From IMG/VR virus record IMGVR_UViG_3300035670_000181, positions 2,334 through 66,333 of that record: a DNA stretch of 64,000 bases. One strand, 5' to 3'. Below, in pieces: positions 61,501 to 64,000 of this stretch. The position numbers and the translations under genes were made by a program. Numbering within the stretch: position 1 is the stretch's first letter; every line of letters starts with the position of its first letter. The notes under the pieces were generated by a model that was given only the letters and a program-made list of their open reading frames with translations, was not told the DNA's origin and searched no databases. This stretch comes from a virus.

Positions 61501-64000
61501 CTGATGATGCAGATGCACGAATAATATTACCCCAAGTAGTTGCTACTGAATTTACAATACCCTGATATTCTTTAGTTAGCTTACCTCTTTGCTCTAGCCA
61601 ACGTTTTTCTAAAGTATTAGCCTCTTCCATATCGCCAGCTGCTTTAGCAGCCTCAATTTTTTCAATAAATCCAGCGTCTAGCTCAGCAAGAGATGATCCA
61701 ATTCCAGAAAATACGCTAGAGTATCCTTCGGAAATACCTGCCAAACCATCTTGATATTTTTGTAATCGCTCTGTTGTGTCGTCTCCACCAGTAATCCAGT
61801 CTGGCACCCAGCTTTCTGCCCAAATACCTAGCCTAGTTCCAAGATCATCTGGATCAAAACGTACCAGTCCTTCAGATATGGCATTTTGAATTTGGGTTTG
61901 AGTTTCAGTAACTGACTCAGCAACAGCCTTAATTCTAATTGAAAGAAGCTGCCCCTCAGAAAGATTTTCTCCTCCAGGTCCGAACAAGCTGGTAATTTTT
62001 CCTTGAAGATCAATGCCAAGCTTGTAGTCTTTTAGCTGATTAGATATAGCAGTTGCAATGCTTCTAGCTTGGGTAACATCCATAGCACCAGAAAGTACTG
62101 AGTCTCTTAGCTGTGAGTAGAGGGCATCAGTTACATTCATACCGCTTGCTTTTGCTAGCTGGGCATTCTTGATTATTTGCTGACCAGCTTCTGACTGAGC
62201 AAAGGCAGATCCAAATGTTGTCTTGCCTGGTTGGATTGGCAAAAGATTAAACATGTTTTCATTGCGTCTTTGCATGATTTCAGAGCCAGTAACATTGCCT
62301 GCAAACTCAGCATACTTGCTAATGCTTTCTGCAGAAGTTCCAAATGCATTTGCCAATTCAATTGACTTTTCTCTAGCCTTATCAATTGCAGCATTCGTGC
62401 TCATCCAAACCCAAGCAACAGTTCCAGCTACGGCAGCTAAAGCTCCAAGCTTAGTCATTAATAGTGGTAGAACAGACATAGCCATACCAGCCATCATTAC
62501 TGCTCCACCAGCTTGCTGCATTGTCGGGTCGCCAGACATTGACATTCCCATACCAGCCATTGAAAGGGCTCCACCAGCTACACCCATTGGTCCAGCAATT
62601 CTTTGTCTTAGCGGTGCCTTCTCATTAGCTGGTGCAGCTTGTGCAGAGCCTATGGCTGCTGCCTTAGCTTCTCCAGTTAGTGATCTTGCCTTTCCATTTT
62701 CATCAAATTGATATACCTTGCCAGTTGATGTAACATATGAAGTTCCTGGCTTTCTGTTAACCCTTATCTCTTCATTTCTTTGATGATCTTTAGAATATGC
62801 GTCATAAGATGAAAATGTTTTTCCAGTTTCTGGATTATAAACTTTTCCACTAGGAAGAGCATATACCCCACCTTGCTCCTTACCAGCAAGAAGATTCATT
62901 CCAGCTATTGCAGCCTTGTCTTTAGCATTAGAGAATGCAGCTGTAACACCAGTCTTTAATCCACCTGCTATAAGTTTTGATGCCCCCATTACAGCACCCA
63001 TTCCCTTACCCATTAGCGATGCAGCCCTATCGCTTATTTTTGGAGTGGCTGGAGTTGGAGTAGTATAGGCTGGTGGCTTAGAGAAGTCATAATAATCTCC
63101 AGATAGTCCTCTTGGAGGAGTAGGAGGGTAATCAAATAGTCCACCATCATAGCCAGGAATCGAATCTGAAATCATAGCACCGATTAAAGGAGCATACTTC
63201 TTAGATATTTTACTTGGAATGACAGACTCTCCTGGAGAAAGCATAGCTGGCACAACATCTCCAGCCCCCTTTGGACCAGGCACAGAAACAATTCCGTCCT
63301 TATATCTATTTTGCATCAATGATGGCAGAAGCGATGCAGCTAAACCAATAGCACCAAAAGCACCAGCCCCCCTTCCAAGAAGGCTACTAAGCTTAAAGGC
63401 TTGTGCACCCTTTGGCACTGGCACTGTGGCTGTTTTGTTTTTATTGGCAGATGCTTTAGCCTTTCCAACCTTTAATCCCTTAAACTGACCAGAGTTTATT
63501 CTTTGCTGATAGGTAGGTATTGGCTTCTTGTAATAGCCAGTTTGCTGCCTGTAAGCTAGACCCTCATCAACCATTAGTGGTCTATAAAAAGAATCACTGT
63601 TTGGTCCCAAAAATGCCATATGCTTCTTAGCTATGCCACGAAGTGTTGCAATTTCTTTTTCTGTTGTTGGGTGAATTCCCTTAGATATTCTTTCTAGAGA
63701 TGCAATATCTATTCCAGCTTTTTTCATAGCAGCTGGGTTTGTCTGTGCTTCTTCAAGAAGCATCTTCATAAATCTATTGTTCTTAGAACCTAAATCATTA
63801 ACATATCCATTTACATACCCAAGATCTGGAATTAGGTTGTCCATGTTTGTCCAAACCTTGTTTCCCATAGAATCTAGCTCTGGGCGTATGTGAGAAGCCT
63901 GTAGTTGAAGGGCATTAGTAAGTTGACCATTAGTTAGAGCTAGTCCACGTTCTGCTAGCTTTTTCTTTAGATATTCACGCTCTGCCATAAATTCTGCACT
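58592..64000 (-). CDS. Tape measure protein (5' end probably outside the window)
   Basis: >1798 aa Ala/Gly-rich helical and coiled-coil ORF with two D.VPAML(S/T)PGE.VI motifs and hydrophobic segments. Confidence 0.88.
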   Translation of the reverse strand, partial: SAEFMAEREYLKKKLAERGLALTNGQLTNALQLQASHIRPELDSMGNKVWTNMDNLIPDLGYVNGYVNDLGSKNNRFMKMLLEEAQTNPAAMKKAGIDIASLERISKGIHPTTEKEIATLRGIAKKHMAFLGPNSDSFYRPLMVDEGLAYRQQTGYYKKPIPTYQQRINSGQFKGLKVGKAKASANKNKTATVPVPKGAQAFKLSSLLGRGAGAFGAIGLAASLLPSLMQNRYKDGIVSVPGPKGAGDVVPAMLSPGESVIPSKISKKYAPLIGAMISDSIPGYDGGLFDYPPTPPRGLSGDYYDFSKPPAYTTPTPATPKISDRAASLMGKGMGAVMGASKLIAGGLKTGVTAAFSNAKDKAAIAGMNLLAGKEQGGVYALPSGKVYNPETGKTFSSYDAYSKDHQRNEEIRVNRKPGTSYVTSTGKVYQFDENGKARSLTGEAKAAAIGSAQAAPANEKAPLRQRIAGPMGVAGGALSMAGMGMSMSGDPTMQQAGGAVMMAGMAMSVLPLLMTKLGALAAVAGTVAWVWMSTNAAIDKAREKSIELANAFGTSAESISKYAEFAGNVTGSEIMQRRNENMFNLLPIQPGKTTFGSAFAQSEAGQQIIKNAQLAKASGMNVTDALYSQLRDSVLSGAMDVTQARSIATAISNQLKDYKLGIDLQGKITSLFGPGGENLSEGQLLSIRIKAVAESVTETQTQIQNAISEGLVRFDPDDLGTRLGIWAESWVPDWITGGDDTTERLQKYQDGLAGISEGYSSVFSGIGSSLAELDAGFIEKIEAAKAAGDMEEANTLEKRWLEQRGKLTKEYQGIVNSVATTWGNIIRASASSDKDPLTTIEDLRLSQNTSILSGFEKDSEEYKNAKTLLEKFDEITVDGLGLGKTKGGFTIKALFDAGQISQSSFKTITDLLASGDTDTTAILNMVTKFGAAQTDKITQVAGLFVDKDGKPIKKMQASFIAKISTMKLGDAESYLDMFIQASKLGWVVDTTLVLSTIFEDEKKSTELLRQLDEISKLDTTKPMTIEYVQKTTQLGDATMAALKADQEYFEKLDPVQQVTYLQTIATLSVAGEGALPSYETWAAENTKRKATGYDRNRGVPTFETVKPSFDKYLAFLGGQVTNIQGLNDLLNQQTNGGDDGGGTKTDPFEDLLNRLKRIRNAAINAKGGVAEFLKVLKGGSVTESKFGTATTNLFRGVDQKLLAAGYNREFIETVMSMDEETRANFISIKNGMVKVTEKGELLKAMLSELALGDYQFSLVADIADINKQMTAMNRLVGAGLSVSDASKIAQDSQLAYAIATAATSEEVAILVHNFKALEIAQKNLQLSTPQGVQEWLGDQLNEVSSAIGQVNEYFAAQEAVIEQDFGQGTNTSGRNASKYNMKQLQSDIDSAAASIATYEYQIDDLEYLLDGIASKEDKINEKYDKRLEALDAVFNANRSIEEQQKSQLDIVNALAQGDIAGAARAAQEDQRRRAEQARETQKKIIEKSRETEIAGVRATNGKSRLDLEKQISDLQTNIVKLEEEKLEPAQRSLDLAEAARDVALEAIGKEGYLGKTKTEWENIENAARLAVVQSDAFGKSIKDTLKALPGFTEILDAEGKFAGFKFDPAAYKKWLTENSQQQTVPDPIVVSNPNDGKTTNPNQAKIDELNRLVQISRWRVQNEKLSATVKDALMDMNVDRITEIKKLGGTPNMTGTIKPAGYAMGGMVKPKYFNVGGFAMGTDTVPAMLTPGEFVIRKYAVDNFGVDKLKAINSGSYSGDSVYNYDINVNVKSNANADEIARTVISQIRQIDSQRIRGNRL

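Noticed and set aside
58592-63400. Repeated D.VPAML.PGE.V motifs in the tape measure as a novel repeat
   Set aside because: A common motif in tape measure proteins

Overview
64-kb segment of a large, AT-rich tailed dsDNA phage (Caudoviricetes, siphovirus-like tail). The host is most likely actinobacterial (WhiB, MSMEG_6728-family glycosylase, class Ib NrdHIEF), and the gene content resembles Streptomyces BE/BK-type and freshwater actinophages. Almost all genes are on the minus strand. Reading right to left: 3' part of the tape measure and minor tail genes (51-64 kb); replication/recombination module with DnaB, primase, SSB, DnaE, RecA, two resolvases and a Cas4-like nuclease (38-51 kb); terminase (35.7-38 kb); NrdIEF; three signal-peptide surface/secreted proteins; a cluster of four tRNAs with two unexplained structured spacers; and a ~25-kb accessory region. 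That region is rich in 2OG-Fe(II) oxygenases and glycan-tailoring enzymes: two GT60-like glycosyltransferases each next to a prolyl-hydroxylase-like gene, a nucleotide-sugar dehydrogenase and epimerase, a PIG-L deacetylase, two carbamoyltransferases, a sulfotransferase and an APS kinase fusion. Best novelty candidates are a phage hydroxylation-O-glycosylation-tailoring system, three unannotated structured ncRNAs, a ROSE-like thermometer before hsp20, a probable ATT-initiated lectin/Pro-rich surface protein, and systematic leaderless promoters. All calls come from motif recognition by eye; no database searches were run.
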